Numbered from the stretch's first letter, positions 19,535 through 30,109 are shown. The stretch: 64,000 nucleotides of DNA from an uncultured Pelagibacteraceae bacterium (GCA_902632275.1 CACPBW010000001.1:12111-76110), one strand, 5' to 3'. Program-made: numbers and translations. Notes: generated by a model from the sequence alone, not told the origin.

Positions 19535-20227
19535 ATGGAACTTCTTTCATTCGGAAAAACTGGTTGGGGTGACGAACTACTAATCGCAACAATAATGACA
19601 ATTGCCGTATCTATTACGGCTATGCTTATAGGTTTTCTTTTTGCTTTAATATTTACTCCACTTAAACTTTCAAAAAGTAAATTTTTAAATCTTATTGGTA
19701 ATTGTTACACAACAGTAATAAGAGGAGTTCCTGAATTGTTAGTTATCTATTTATTTTTTTTTGGTGGAAGTGGCGCTGTTATGTATGTAGCATCTATATT
19801 TGGATATAATGAATACATTGAAATTAATGCATTTATTACAGGGTCATTTGCAATTGGAATTATTTCAGGAGCATACTCAACAGAAGTTTTTAGAGGTGCA
19901 ATTCAATCGATTGATAAAGGACAATTTGAAGCGTCAAAAGTTTTAGGTTTAAAAAAACCTATTCACTTTTTTAAAGTTATTATGCCTCAAATGTTGAGGC
20001 TTGCTATTCCTAACTTGAGTAACGTTTGGCAAATTACTTTAAAAGATACTTCGCTCATCTCAGTGACTGGTTTAGTAGAAATAATGAGACAATCTTACAT
20101 CGCAGCGGGATCAACTAGGGACCCTTTGTTTTTTTACTCATTCGCAGCAGTTTTATATCTACTGCTCACATATTTGAGCATGAAGTTAATTAATAGATTA
20201 GAAGTAAGATACAGTAGGGGTTATTAA
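19535..20227 (+). CDS. Amino acid ABC permease (HisQ/OccQ-like)
   Basis: YTTVIRGVPEL, GAYSTEVFRGA, IDKGQFEA (EAA loop), LKDTSLIS. Confidence 0.9.
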   Translation: MELLSFGKTGWGDELLIATIMTIAVSITAMLIGFLFALIFTPLKLSKSKFLNLIGNCYTTVIRGVPELLVIYLFFFGGSGAVMYVASIFGYNEYIEINAFITGSFAIGIISGAYSTEVFRGAIQSIDKGQFEASKVLGLKKPIHFFKVIMPQMLRLAIPNLSNVWQITLKDTSLISVTGLVEIMRQSYIAAGSTRDPLFFYSFAAVLYLLLTYLSMKLINRLEVRYSRGY

Positions 20228-20898
20228 TGGATTTTGAATTAATGATAACTAGTTTGCCTAAATTGCTTAATGCTACTTTAATAACTCTAAAACTATTATC
20301 TGCATCATTAATTTTTGGATTATTTATTGGTCTCTTTTTTGCAATTCTAAGAGTTAATAAAAACCCAATTGTAAATAAATTTGCCTATGGTTATTCGTAT
20401 GTATTTAGAGGAACGCCTCTATTGGTTCAAATATTTATTATTTATTTTGGTTTAGGTCAGATAGAGTATTTAAGATCAACAGTATTATGGGTAATTTTAA
20501 AAGAACCTTATTGGTGTGCAATAATTGCTTTTTCGCTGAATACTGGAGCTTACACATCAGAAATATTAAGATCTGCATTTCAAACAATTAAACCTGGAAT
20601 AATCGAAGCAGGTCATAGTTTAGGAATTACGAGTAAAATTATATTTTATAAAATTCAAATTCCCATTGCTATCAGACAATCTTTGCCAGCTTATGGTAAT
20701 GAAATCATTTTAATGATGAAAGGCACTTCTTTGGCAAGCACTGTTACTCTGATGGATCTTACAGGTGTTGCAAAATATATAATATCTACAACATTCAAAC
20801 CAATTGAGGTTTTTATAGTTGCTGGTGGAATTTATCTTTTTATGACCTTCATAATTCATAATGTCATAAAGTTTTTAGAGAGAAAATATAGTTATTAA
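20227..20898 (+). CDS. Amino acid ABC permease (HisM/OccM-like)
   Basis: FRGTPLLVQ, YFGLGQ, LNTGAYTSEILR, LPAYGNE, KGTSLAST. Confidence 0.9.
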   Translation: MDFELMITSLPKLLNATLITLKLLSASLIFGLFIGLFFAILRVNKNPIVNKFAYGYSYVFRGTPLLVQIFIIYFGLGQIEYLRSTVLWVILKEPYWCAIIAFSLNTGAYTSEILRSAFQTIKPGIIEAGHSLGITSKIIFYKIQIPIAIRQSLPAYGNEIILMMKGTSLASTVTLMDLTGVAKYIISTTFKPIEVFIVAGGIYLFMTFIIHNVIKFLERKYSY

Positions 20899-21284
20899 TA
20901 TGATGTGTACTCTTTAATTTCTCTGATTTTAGATCCAGAATGATTATTCAATTCAAGCTTAATTTTTCCTCTCTCATCATTTAGAAAATGTATATCTCTT
21001 GATGTTTTAATAAAAACTTCACCAAAGTCTGAATTTTTTTCACATAATCTTTTCTCATTCTCAATATCCCAAAGTTTGTTGTTAATTTCTTTTAATGACT
21101 GAAAAAGCTTATCGAGTTTACTATCTGTTTTTATATTTTTTTTGAATTGATCTGTTAACAATTCAAGCTCTTCATTAATAAATTTAAGTTTATTTTGATC
21201 TTTTATTTTTTCCTTTTTAATTTCTAGGATAGAAATTTTATCTAATAATTCACCAACCGAAACTTCAATAAGTATTTTATTCAT
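20895..21284 (-). CDS. Conserved hypothetical protein (DUF6165-like)
   Basis: EVSVGELLDKISILEIK, LWDIE, NDER..IK, S.IREIK.Y pattern. Confidence 0.7.
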   Translation of the reverse strand: MNKILIEVSVGELLDKISILEIKKEKIKDQNKLKFINEELELLTDQFKKNIKTDSKLDKLFQSLKEINNKLWDIENEKRLCEKNSDFGEVFIKTSRDIHFLNDERGKIKLELNNHSGSKIREIKEYTSY

Positions 21285-21316
21285 AAATTCTTATATTATG
21301 TTAAGTTGTTTTAAAT

Positions 21317-22249
21317 ATGTCTAATATTTTAATTATTAAACATGGATCTTTAGGTGATATAGCCCAAGCAAGTGGTGCAATTCAAGATATTTATGAAAAT
21401 CACAAAGACCATAACCTATATATAATGACCTCAAAACCTTACGTAGATTTGTATAAAAAAAGCCCTTTCATTACAGATGTAATTTTGGATAAGAGATTAT
21501 CTAGATTTAACCTTATTTACATATATTTATTAATGAGAAAAATTAAAAAACTCAAATTTGTAAAAGTATTTGATCTACAAAATTCATCAAGAACATCATT
21601 TTATAAAAAAGTATTATTTCCAAATTCAAATTATAATTCTTGGTCGTCATCTCAAACCACATTACCTACAAATACGACTAAAGAAGAATTTGATAAACTT
21701 TCAGTTTTGGAGAGATTTGATCACCAATTAAAAACTTCTGGATTAGAAACTAAACATACTCTAAAACCAAATTTTGATTGGTCTTGTACTGATATATCGC
21801 AAATTATTTCTAAATTTAAATTAGAGAAATATATTATTTTATTTCCGTTTTGTTCCCCACATCTACATTTGAAAAAATGGCCACACTATAATGAGCTAAT
21901 AAAATTAATTAAAACTGAATTAAAAAATGATTATAAAGTTGTAATAGCACCTGGACCAAGTGAAATCCAGGAGGCTAAAAATTTTAATGCAGAATCTATC
22001 TTGGATGATGGGAAAGCTTTAAACATTCCCCAACTTGCATCTCTAATTAAAAACAGTTCTTTTGTAATTGCCAATGATACAGGGCCGGCGCATATTTCTG
22101 CGCATATAGGCGCAAAAGGTGTAGCTCTTTTTGGTTCACATACCACAGCCTATAAAGTAAACATTGAGAGAGAACAGTTCAAAGCTATCCAAGTTTCTGA
22201 TCTAAATAAATTAAGTGCAAGTAAAGTATTTGAAAAGATTCAACTATAA
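21317..22249 (+). CDS. Glycosyltransferase family 9 (heptosyltransferase-like)
   Basis: ILIIKHGSLGD, FDLQ, KKWP, VIANDTGPAHI, ALFG. Confidence 0.88.
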   Translation: MSNILIIKHGSLGDIAQASGAIQDIYENHKDHNLYIMTSKPYVDLYKKSPFITDVILDKRLSRFNLIYIYLLMRKIKKLKFVKVFDLQNSSRTSFYKKVLFPNSNYNSWSSSQTTLPTNTTKEEFDKLSVLERFDHQLKTSGLETKHTLKPNFDWSCTDISQIISKFKLEKYIILFPFCSPHLHLKKWPHYNELIKLIKTELKNDYKVVIAPGPSEIQEAKNFNAESILDDGKALNIPQLASLIKNSSFVIANDTGPAHISAHIGAKGVALFGSHTTAYKVNIEREQFKAIQVSDLNKLSASKVFEKIQL

Positions 22250-23326
22250 AATTTTTTGATAATTTTTGATAATTTGTTCCCAATGAAAATGTTTTGAAAA
22301 TTCTTTAGCCAATTTACCGTATTCCCTATATTTATGATCTTTGAGCATTTTATCTATAGAGGAATATATTTCTTCAAGATTATTTCCATCACAAATTAAA
22401 CCTGTTTTATCATGAACAATTGCATCCGACGCACCTCCATCTTTACCACCGATTGATGGTATCCCATATTGAGCAGCTTCGATATACGCAATACCAAAAC
22501 CCTCTACCGATTTATTGTGTATTATTGAGGGCATTACAAAGATGTTTGATTTGTATACTAAAGCATTCTTTAGTCCATTATCTATATTTTTAAGAAAAAT
22601 AACATTGTTGCTTAAATTAAGTTCATTTACTAATTTTTTTAAATTGTTTTCCTCTTCTCCATAACCAATACAAACATAAATTATATTTGGGTATAACTCT
22701 TTTAAATTCCTAATTGCCATAATCACTTTTTCGTGATTTTTTCTTTTGTCGAATCTGGAAACAGTAATTAATCTATTAGATTTTCCACTAAAAATTTTTT
22801 CAGCTTTAGCTATATCTTTCTCTGAAATCTCACTGACAGCTTCAACTCCTGGATTGATTACAATTATTTTGTTTTCATTTACTCCCTTATTTATTGCTAA
22901 ATTTTTTGTAAAAACTGAGTTTGATATTACATAATCAACATTATTTAAAATTTTTATTAGCCTTTTATTTTGTCTTGTGCCTTTTTCATGATTTATTTCT
23001 TTAGAATGAATTAAACATATTTTTTTTTTATTTGTGTTTATTAGCTCTAAACTCTTCCAATGATCAGCTATTATACAACTAACGTTTTTGTTATTTTTTA
23101 AAAATTCATTAATTAAATAAGATTTTCTATATTTTCTAAGTAATTTTGGACCCCCGACCCTCTCGATTGAGAAATTTACATTATCATCAAAATTTGAATA
23201 ATTTTCATGATAGTCAGCGAAAACTTTAACTAAATTTAATTTAGATAAAGATTTAGTTAATCCATGCATTAGGTTTTGCATACCACCTATATCAGGTGGG
23301 AAATTTCTAGTTATAATTAAAAACAT
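22244..23326 (-). CDS. Glycosyltransferase family 4
   Basis: NFPPDIGGMQ, TVSRFDKRKNH, FVMPS, EGFGIAYIEA (EX7E), DAIVHDKTG. Confidence 0.9.
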   Translation of the reverse strand: MFLIITRNFPPDIGGMQNLMHGLTKSLSKLNLVKVFADYHENYSNFDDNVNFSIERVGGPKLLRKYRKSYLINEFLKNNKNVSCIIADHWKSLELINTNKKKICLIHSKEINHEKGTRQNKRLIKILNNVDYVISNSVFTKNLAINKGVNENKIIVINPGVEAVSEISEKDIAKAEKIFSGKSNRLITVSRFDKRKNHEKVIMAIRNLKELYPNIIYVCIGYGEEENNLKKLVNELNLSNNVIFLKNIDNGLKNALVYKSNIFVMPSIIHNKSVEGFGIAYIEAAQYGIPSIGGKDGGASDAIVHDKTGLICDGNNLEEIYSSIDKMLKDHKYREYGKLAKEFSKHFHWEQIIKNYQKIL

Positions 23327-23331
23327 TTAAT

Positions 23332-23886
23332 TTACTTTATCCATTTAATATTACAGCCCATACTTGGGTGTTGTTCTTTTGGACCTTCACCTGTTTTTGA
23401 AATTAATTTTAACGCTTTGAATAGCTCACTTTCACCAGTATCTATAGGTTGTAAATCTTTCAGTTGTTTAATTCGACCTCTGTACTGAAGTTCTAAGTTT
23501 CCGTTATACGCAAAAAAATCCGGTGTGCAAACAGCATCATATACTTTCGCTACTTCTTGTGTTTCATCATGAAGATATGGAAAAGAAAAATTATTTTCTT
23601 TTGAAAAAGCAATCATATTCTCAAAAGAATCCTCTGGATAATTTTTAACATCATTAGAGCATATAGCAGCTGAGTTAACCCCAAATTTTTCTAAACTTTT
23701 ACAGTCTTGAACTAAATCTTTAATTATTGCTTTTACATAAGGGCAGTGATTGCAAATAAACATTATTAGTGTTCCTTTTTCTCCTTTAATATCATTTAAA
23801 GAAATTATTTTGTTATCTGTAGATTTTAGTTTGAAATTTTCTGCTTTTTTTCCAAAATCGCATATTGGAGTTTTTGTAAGAGCCAT
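23332..23886 (-). CDS. Thioredoxin-fold AhpC/TSA-like redoxin
   Basis: FICNHCPYV, YPEDS, AVCTPDFF, YRGR, PSMGCNIKW. Confidence 0.88.
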   Translation of the reverse strand: MALTKTPICDFGKKAENFKLKSTDNKIISLNDIKGEKGTLIMFICNHCPYVKAIIKDLVQDCKSLEKFGVNSAAICSNDVKNYPEDSFENMIAFSKENNFSFPYLHDETQEVAKVYDAVCTPDFFAYNGNLELQYRGRIKQLKDLQPIDTGESELFKALKLISKTGEGPKEQHPSMGCNIKWIK

Positions 23887-23906
23887 GATAGAACAATATA
23901 TAATTT

Positions 23907-24419
23907 ATGTTTTATGATTTAAAAGATAAAAAACCAAAAAACTCTGGCGAAAATTGGGTAGCACCTAATGCAGTTATAATAGGGGATGTAACATTAGAAA
24001 AAAATACAAGTATATGGTTTAACGCAACTTTAAGAGGTGATTTAGAAAATATTCATATAGGTGAGGGATCTAATGTACAGGATGGATGTGTCCTTCACAC
24101 TGATCCTGGTTACCCTTTAATGGTAGGAAAAAATGTTACCGTTGGTCATTTGGTTATGCTTCATGGGTGTTCAATTGGAGACAACAGTTTAATTGGAATT
24201 GGAGCAGTTATTTTGAACAATGCTAAGATTGGAAAAAATTGTATAATAGGCGCAAAAGCTTTGATAACAGAGAATAAAGAGATACCAGACAACTCATTAG
24301 TAATAGGTTCACCAGGAAAAGTTGTTAGAGAAGTTACTGAAGAAGAAAAAAAGGCAGTATTTGAAAATACAAAACATTACCAAGGTAATTGGAAAAAATA
24401 TTCTAAATCAATATTTTAA
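23907..24419 (+). CDS. Gamma carbonic anhydrase family protein
   Basis: Hexapeptide repeats; LRGD, NVQD, H..., GH.VMLHG metal-ligand His residues. Confidence 0.9.
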   Translation: MFYDLKDKKPKNSGENWVAPNAVIIGDVTLEKNTSIWFNATLRGDLENIHIGEGSNVQDGCVLHTDPGYPLMVGKNVTVGHLVMLHGCSIGDNSLIGIGAVILNNAKIGKNCIIGAKALITENKEIPDNSLVIGSPGKVVREVTEEEKKAVFENTKHYQGNWKKYSKSIF

Positions 24420-24421
24420 AC

Positions 24422-25234
24422 ATGCCCGAAACTAAAAATCTCAAGTCAATTGCAGAGATTTATAAATCAGATAAAATTGAACATCAATATATTAAGGTTT
24501 ATGAAAGTTATTTTGAAAAAATAAGAGACGAAAAGTTAAAAATACTTGAAATCGGCATAGCAGATGGAAAATCTTTATTAACATGGAGCGATTATTTTAA
24601 AAACTCTATCATAGTTGGAATTGATATTCATAAGATAAATATTGTAGAAAAAAAACTTAATAGAAATAATATTGAAGTTCACCAAGGTTCACAAAGTGAT
24701 CAATCTTTTATTCAGCAAATTATTTCTAAATATAAAGAGTTTGATATAATTATTGATGACGGGAGCCATTTATCTAAAGATGTTAAAAAAAGCTTTAATT
24801 TATTATTCTCAACATTAAAAGATGATGGCCTTTATATTGTTGAAGATATTCAAACAAGTTATAATCATTTTTTTGGTGGAAATCCTTTTGATTTAAAATA
24901 TTCAAATTCCCATATGAATTTTTTTAAACATTTGACTGATAGTTTGAATCACCAAGAGGTAGCTAATCCTTTTTACATCAAAAAGAAATATGATGGGAAA
25001 ATTACTAATATTTCATTTTATCATAATATGGTTTTTGTCAGAAAAGGTATAAATGATTTGAAAAGTAAAGAGGTAATAAATAATTCTTATGAGGACATGA
25101 AGTATTTAGAAAAATCAAGCAGGACAGGAAAAAAATTCCAATACTTTGTTAAGTATAAGATATTTTATAAAGCATATACAATTTTCTTATTTGTATTTAA
25201 TGCAATTAAAAAAATATTTCTTTTAAGAATTTAG
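24422..25234 (+). CDS. Class I SAM-dependent methyltransferase, MycE-like sugar O-methyltransferase
   Basis: LEIGIA, SLLTW..YF, GIDI, GSQSD, DIIIDDGSH, YIVEDIQTSY. Confidence 0.75.
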   Translation: MPETKNLKSIAEIYKSDKIEHQYIKVYESYFEKIRDEKLKILEIGIADGKSLLTWSDYFKNSIIVGIDIHKINIVEKKLNRNNIEVHQGSQSDQSFIQQIISKYKEFDIIIDDGSHLSKDVKKSFNLLFSTLKDDGLYIVEDIQTSYNHFFGGNPFDLKYSNSHMNFFKHLTDSLNHQEVANPFYIKKKYDGKITNISFYHNMVFVRKGINDLKSKEVINNSYEDMKYLEKSSRTGKKFQYFVKYKIFYKAYTIFLFVFNAIKKIFLLRI

Positions 25235-25236
25235 TT

Positions 25237-25626
25237 TTAAGCTTTCATTATTTTAAAGCTAACTTTTAAACTAGGATATTTCTTTTTTAATTCTTTTTTA
25301 ATTTTAAAAAATGATTCTTTATGAATTGTATTCTCAACAGATAAGTTAAATTTTTTTTTACCATTAACAATTTTTGCAGCACCACAATCGTTATGATTTA
25401 TAACAATTAAACTGGTAATTTTATGAAGTTTAATTGAAGTTGCTAAGTTGTCCCAGAATGTAGAATGCCATTTTTTGAATCTATTTGCAGTAACTCCAAT
25501 TCCACCTCCAGCGATTGTAAAAGAACTATATTTGCCAGTTAATTTTTTTCTTTTTAAATAATTAAATACCTTTGATTGAAATCTTGGATCAATACAGGAT
25601 AAAACCATTGCTTTATATTTCTTCAT
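25237..25626 (-). CDS. Minimal beta-class carbonic anhydrase-like protein
   Basis: LSCIDPR (CxDxR) and HNDCGA (HxxC) Zn ligands; 129 aa. Confidence 0.75.
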   Translation of the reverse strand: MKKYKAMVLSCIDPRFQSKVFNYLKRKKLTGKYSSFTIAGGGIGVTANRFKKWHSTFWDNLATSIKLHKITSLIVINHNDCGAAKIVNGKKKFNLSVENTIHKESFFKIKKELKKKYPSLKVSFKIMKA

Positions 25627-26225
25627 TACGGTACTAACCAGCTATTTTTATTATTCTCAAAATCAAATTTTGCTCTTCTATGACCTTTTGCAGCAAGATA
25701 TAACCACTCTGCAGATTTAATTTTACACTTAATTACTGTAAAATTTTCATAACCCTCTTCACTTTGCTCCATTGTGTAATCAAAATCCTCTAACTGAGAT
25801 ATCATTCCTGAGGTTGGATTTTCTGAAATTGTACCAGGAGGACTATCAGTTAAATAGCACCTTCTACTTATGTGTTGAGTTTTTTTCCAAGATTCTTCTG
25901 TTGTAGAGTTTCGATTATTTATTTCACAATCTACTTTCACTCTTAATTGAATTTTCTCTTCCTTATCATAAAAAAGTAATGATGCTTTATTGTTTTTTTT
26001 TAATATTTTCACCTTTGGAGACCTAAAATCAGTATGAAATTGTAATAAGTTTTTTTTTCTGTCTGATTTTCTTAAAACAACTATTCTACCGTCTATTTCA
26101 TCCTGATTTGCACACATGAAAACAGGAATTCTAAAAGGAGAACCTCTGTTGGTCACAGCATCATCCAACATTGACCAATACTTATTTTGAATTTCCTCTA
26201 AATTTTCGTAGTATGCTGGCTGCAT
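25626..26225 (-). CDS. Pyridoxamine 5'-phosphate oxidase-family FMN-binding protein
   Basis: RIVVLR, FHTDFRSPK, LFYD..KIQLR, WLYL...GHRRA, WLVP. Confidence 0.85.
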   Translation of the reverse strand: MQPAYYENLEEIQNKYWSMLDDAVTNRGSPFRIPVFMCANQDEIDGRIVVLRKSDRKKNLLQFHTDFRSPKVKILKKNNKASLLFYDKEEKIQLRVKVDCEINNRNSTTEESWKKTQHISRRCYLTDSPPGTISENPTSGMISQLEDFDYTMEQSEEGYENFTVIKCKIKSAEWLYLAAKGHRRAKFDFENNKNSWLVP

Positions 26226-26231
26226 ACTTTT

Positions 26232-27101
26232 TTACTTCCTAAATCTTTTAATTAAACTCGATGTGTCCCACCGGTTTCCACCCATACCTTGAACTTCACT
26301 ATAATATTTATCTACTAGTTCTGTTACAGGTAATAATGATCCATTATTTTTTGCCTCTTCCATTGCGATTTTTAAATCTTTTCTCATCCAATCAACTGCA
26401 AATCCAAAATCAAATTTGTCATCAATCATTGTTTTATATCTATTTTCCATTTGCCAGGATTGAGCTGCTCCTTTTGAAATTACCTCGATTACGTTTTCCA
26501 TATTTAATCCTGCTTTAATCCCAAAATTAATAGCCTCAGATAGCCCCTGAACTAGACCTGCGATACAGATTTGATTTACCATTTTCGCCAACTGACCATT
26601 ACCAGCTTTTCCAAGCAATTTCATTTTTTTGCTATAGCAGTCAATTTTATCTTTTGCTTTATCGAAATCTTTTTGATCTCCACCAATCATTACTGTAAGA
26701 GCACCATTTTCAGCGCCAGCTTGCCCACCAGACACTGGGGCATCTAGAGCACCAAATCCATTTTTTTTTGCATATTCATAAATTTCTCTCGCAATTTTTG
26801 CGGATGCTGTTGTGTTATCAATGTATACTGATCCTTTTTTAATTGTTTTAAATGCACCATTCTCACCAAAGGTAACTTCTCTTAAATCATTATCATTTCC
26901 AACGCACGTAAAAATATACTCTGCATCTTTTGCTGCTTCCGCTGGTGTTTCTGCTAATTTTCCTTTGTGTTCACCAATCCACTTTTCCGCTTTTGACTTG
27001 GTGCGATTAAAAACAGTTACATTGTGTCCACCTTTTGATATAAATCCAGCCATTGGATAACCCATTACACCAAGACCTATGAAAGCAACATTACAAGACA
27101 T
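26232..27101 (-). CDS. Beta-hydroxyacid dehydrogenase (3-hydroxyisobutyrate/tartronate semialdehyde reductase family)
   Basis: AFIGLGVMGYPMA, LDAPVSGG, GQLAKMVNQI, KDL. Confidence 0.9.
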   Translation of the reverse strand: MSCNVAFIGLGVMGYPMAGFISKGGHNVTVFNRTKSKAEKWIGEHKGKLAETPAEAAKDAEYIFTCVGNDNDLREVTFGENGAFKTIKKGSVYIDNTTASAKIAREIYEYAKKNGFGALDAPVSGGQAGAENGALTVMIGGDQKDFDKAKDKIDCYSKKMKLLGKAGNGQLAKMVNQICIAGLVQGLSEAINFGIKAGLNMENVIEVISKGAAQSWQMENRYKTMIDDKFDFGFAVDWMRKDLKIAMEEAKNNGSLLPVTELVDKYYSEVQGMGGNRWDTSSLIKRFRK

Positions 27102-27109
27102 TTTTTTTT

Positions 27110-28318
27110 ATGTTTAAAAATTTAAGTTTAAAAGTAATTTTATTTGGTTTTATTTTTACATTTTTTTCAAGCTTTGGACAGAGTTTTTTTCTTGGTCTTT
27201 TTAATTCAAGTATAAGGGATGCTCTTTCAATTACTCATGGACAATTTGGCTCAATTTATGCATCAGCAACTTTACTTAGTAGCATAATTCTAGTTTGGTT
27301 TGGGAAAAAAATTGATGATATTAATATTCTTAAATTTTCTTATTTGGTAATAATTTTATTGGCATTTTCTTGCTATTTCTTTTCAAAGATATCTTCAATT
27401 TATTATCTATTTTTGGCAATTCTTTTCATGAGATTTTCAGGTCAAGGCATGATGTCTCATACAGCATCAACTACGATTTCAAGATTTTTTACGAAATCAA
27501 GAGGTAAAGCTTTAAGTACCTCTTGGTTTGGTTTATCTACATCAGAATTTATTTTACCAGTATTAATAATTTACCTTTTAACCATTTATGAATGGAGAGA
27601 TATCTGGATTGTAATTTCATTAATCATAATATTATTTTTACCGATAGTTTCTTTTTTTTTAGTAAAGAACTTAAATTTAGAATCTAGAGAAACCAACAAT
27701 TTAGAAAATAAAGGTAATAATAAGATTAAAGATTGGAAAAGAATTGAAGTTTTAAAAGATTATAGATTCTACATTATCAGCGCTAATATGCTTGCTATGC
27801 CTTGGATAGCCACAGGAACTTTTGTTTATCAATCCTTTATATTAGAGTCTAAAAATTGGGGACCATACATCATAGCTCAGTCCTTTATGGTTTATTCAAT
27901 TATGTCAGTTATCACATTATTTGTATCTGGTTTTTTAATTGATAAATTTACTAGCAGAAAAATATTGGTTTATATGAATTTACCTCTTTTATTAGCAACA
28001 ATAGTAATAATTTATTTTAATAATCCTTTTACAGCATTTATTTTTTTGGGTTTAATTGGTATTTCCAATGGTTTCGCAAACGTTCTAGGATCTTCTACTT
28101 GGGCAGAAATATATGGTGTTAAATATATTGGATCGATTAAAGCTTTGACAACAGCATTAATGGTATTCTCAACAGCTTTTGGAACAGCCTTTTTTGGAAT
28201 ATTGATCGACCGAGGTTTTTCTATTGAAAAAATTGCGGTAATTTCAAGCATTTATATATCAATATCTTTGATCATGCTTTTTATTATCAGATCTAAACTT
28301 AATCCTGTTAAGGTATAA
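27110..28318 (+). CDS. MFS transporter
   Basis: About 12 hydrophobic segments; GKKIDD and GFLIDKF loop motifs, RGKALS, WAEIYG. Confidence 0.87.
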   Translation: MFKNLSLKVILFGFIFTFFSSFGQSFFLGLFNSSIRDALSITHGQFGSIYASATLLSSIILVWFGKKIDDINILKFSYLVIILLAFSCYFFSKISSIYYLFLAILFMRFSGQGMMSHTASTTISRFFTKSRGKALSTSWFGLSTSEFILPVLIIYLLTIYEWRDIWIVISLIIILFLPIVSFFLVKNLNLESRETNNLENKGNNKIKDWKRIEVLKDYRFYIISANMLAMPWIATGTFVYQSFILESKNWGPYIIAQSFMVYSIMSVITLFVSGFLIDKFTSRKILVYMNLPLLLATIVIIYFNNPFTAFIFLGLIGISNGFANVLGSSTWAEIYGVKYIGSIKALTTALMVFSTAFGTAFFGILIDRGFSIEKIAVISSIYISISLIMLFIIRSKLNPVKV

Positions 28319-28360
28319 AAATACCTTGATTTTATTTATAAGCAGGTATAAATACCCCGC

Positions 28361-28870
28361 ATGGCAAGAGTAACAGTAGAAGATTGTGTAGATAAAGTAG
28401 AAAGTCCTTACGAACTAGTTTTAGTAGCGAAAGAGAGAACTACACAGTTAAACTCAGGTGTCGAGCCAACAGTTAGCATTGATAATGATAAGAACACAGT
28501 AATTTCCTTGAGGGAAATTGCAAATGAGAATGTAAAAGTTTCAGATTTAATAGATAGTGGTGTTTACAAACTAAGAAAACATGTGGAACAAGTTGATGAC
28601 TCACTAACAGAAGATGAGGATGTAGGTGATGATTTTGAAAACTTATATAAGGGTGAAATATCTAAAAGTGGAACACCAATATTACCATCAAAAAGAGCTA
28701 GAAAGATCCCAGAAAAAACACAAGTTTTTTCAAAGGAAGATATTGCTCAAAGTGCTCCAACGCAACCCACTGAACAAGCTGAGCCTTCTGGAGAAACGGA
28801 AGATGCATCTGTTGAAGATTTAAAAGACCAAGAGATTAAAGAATCAAGCGAAGACGCAAATCAAGACTAA
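28361..28870 (+). CDS. rpoZ: RNA polymerase omega subunit with long acidic C-terminal tail
   Basis: [28 protein letters not shown], the alphaproteobacterial omega signature. Confidence 0.93.
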   Translation: MARVTVEDCVDKVESPYELVLVAKERTTQLNSGVEPTVSIDNDKNTVISLREIANENVKVSDLIDSGVYKLRKHVEQVDDSLTEDEDVGDDFENLYKGEISKSGTPILPSKRARKIPEKTQVFSKEDIAQSAPTQPTEQAEPSGETEDASVEDLKDQEIKESSEDANQD

Positions 28871-30012
28871 TTACAAAACTCCTCAATAATTTTTTTTCTA
28901 TGTTCATCTAAATCAGGGATATCTCCTCTTTTTGTTTCGTCTTTATAAGAGGACATTTTTATTGGATTACCTGCTGTTTTAAAATCACCAACGACTTTGT
29001 GAAAAGTATCAACTATCATATTTCTTGATTTTATTTGCGGATTTTCTACAGCCTCTTTTATATTGAAAATAGGACCACATGGAATTTTTTGTTTCTCCAT
29101 TTTTTGTATCCAATCCTTAGTATTTAAAGATTTGAGTTTTTCCTCCATAATTGATTTAAGATCATTCATATTTTCACAACGTAAAGAATTACTTTTAAAT
29201 TTTTCATTCTGGGGTAAATCATTTAATTCAAGAACATTACATAATTTTTCAAAAAGTTTGTCATTTCCTGCAGCAATAATTATGTAGCTATCTTTTGTTT
29301 TAAAAGCCTCAAATGGTGCAATAGATGGGTGTCTTGATCCCATTGGTTTTGGTATTTCATTTTTTGATAAATAACGTGCAATTGCATTTTCCAAAATCGC
29401 GATTTGACAATCGAGCATTGAAACATCGATAAACATTCCTTTGCCAGTTTTTTCTCTATCATAAAGAGCAGCATTGATTCCAATTGTTGTAAATAATGCA
29501 GCTGTAATATCGCCAATAGACGTTCCAACCCTAGTAGGTTCAGAATTAGGATGTCCGGTAACACTCATTAAACCTCCCATTCCCTGTACAACCATATCGT
29601 AAGCTGGTAGTTCTTTTAATGGTCCAGTTTGACCAAAACCAGATGCAGAAGCGTAAATTAATTTTGGGAATTTTTTACACATATCTTTCCAGCCAAAACC
29701 CCATTTTTCTAATGTCCCTGGCTTAAAATTTTCAACAAGAATATCTGCTTTACTTAATATTTTTAAAAATATTTCTTTATCTCCTTCATCTTTTAAGTTT
29801 AACGCAATACTTTCTTTTCCTCTGTTTAATGACATGAAATAGGCTGAATTATCTTTGACAAAAGGACCAAATTTTCGAGAGTCATCACCTATACCTGGTG
29901 CTTCTACTTTTATTACTCTTGCACCCATGTCTGAGAGCATCATTGTACAATAAGGTCCCACTAATACTCTTGTTAAATCAATAACCAGTAAGTTTTTTAA
30001 AGGTCCATCCAT
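28867..30012 (-). CDS. Family III (CaiB/BaiF) CoA-transferase, YfdE/UctC-like
   Basis: [52 protein letters not shown] (catalytic Asp). Confidence 0.9.
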   Translation of the reverse strand: MDGPLKNLLVIDLTRVLVGPYCTMMLSDMGARVIKVEAPGIGDDSRKFGPFVKDNSAYFMSLNRGKESIALNLKDEGDKEIFLKILSKADILVENFKPGTLEKWGFGWKDMCKKFPKLIYASASGFGQTGPLKELPAYDMVVQGMGGLMSVTGHPNSEPTRVGTSIGDITAALFTTIGINAALYDREKTGKGMFIDVSMLDCQIAILENAIARYLSKNEIPKPMGSRHPSIAPFEAFKTKDSYIIIAAGNDKLFEKLCNVLELNDLPQNEKFKSNSLRCENMNDLKSIMEEKLKSLNTKDWIQKMEKQKIPCGPIFNIKEAVENPQIKSRNMIVDTFHKVVGDFKTAGNPIKMSSYKDETKRGDIPDLDEHRKKIIEEFCN

Positions 30013-30047
30013 AAATTAATAACGTTATATATGAGTTAATAGCGAAC

Positions 30048-30076
30048 TTGACTCTTAATCATATCTTATCTTTAAT
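30048..30076 (+). promoter_or_regulatory. Putative sigma70 promoter of the TRAP operon
   Basis: TTGACT-N17-TTTAAT, ending 33 nt upstream of the dctP ATG; AAGGGG SD. Confidence 0.55.
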
Positions 30077-30109
30077 ACACTTTTTTTAATAACTAAAGAA
30101 GGGGAAAAA

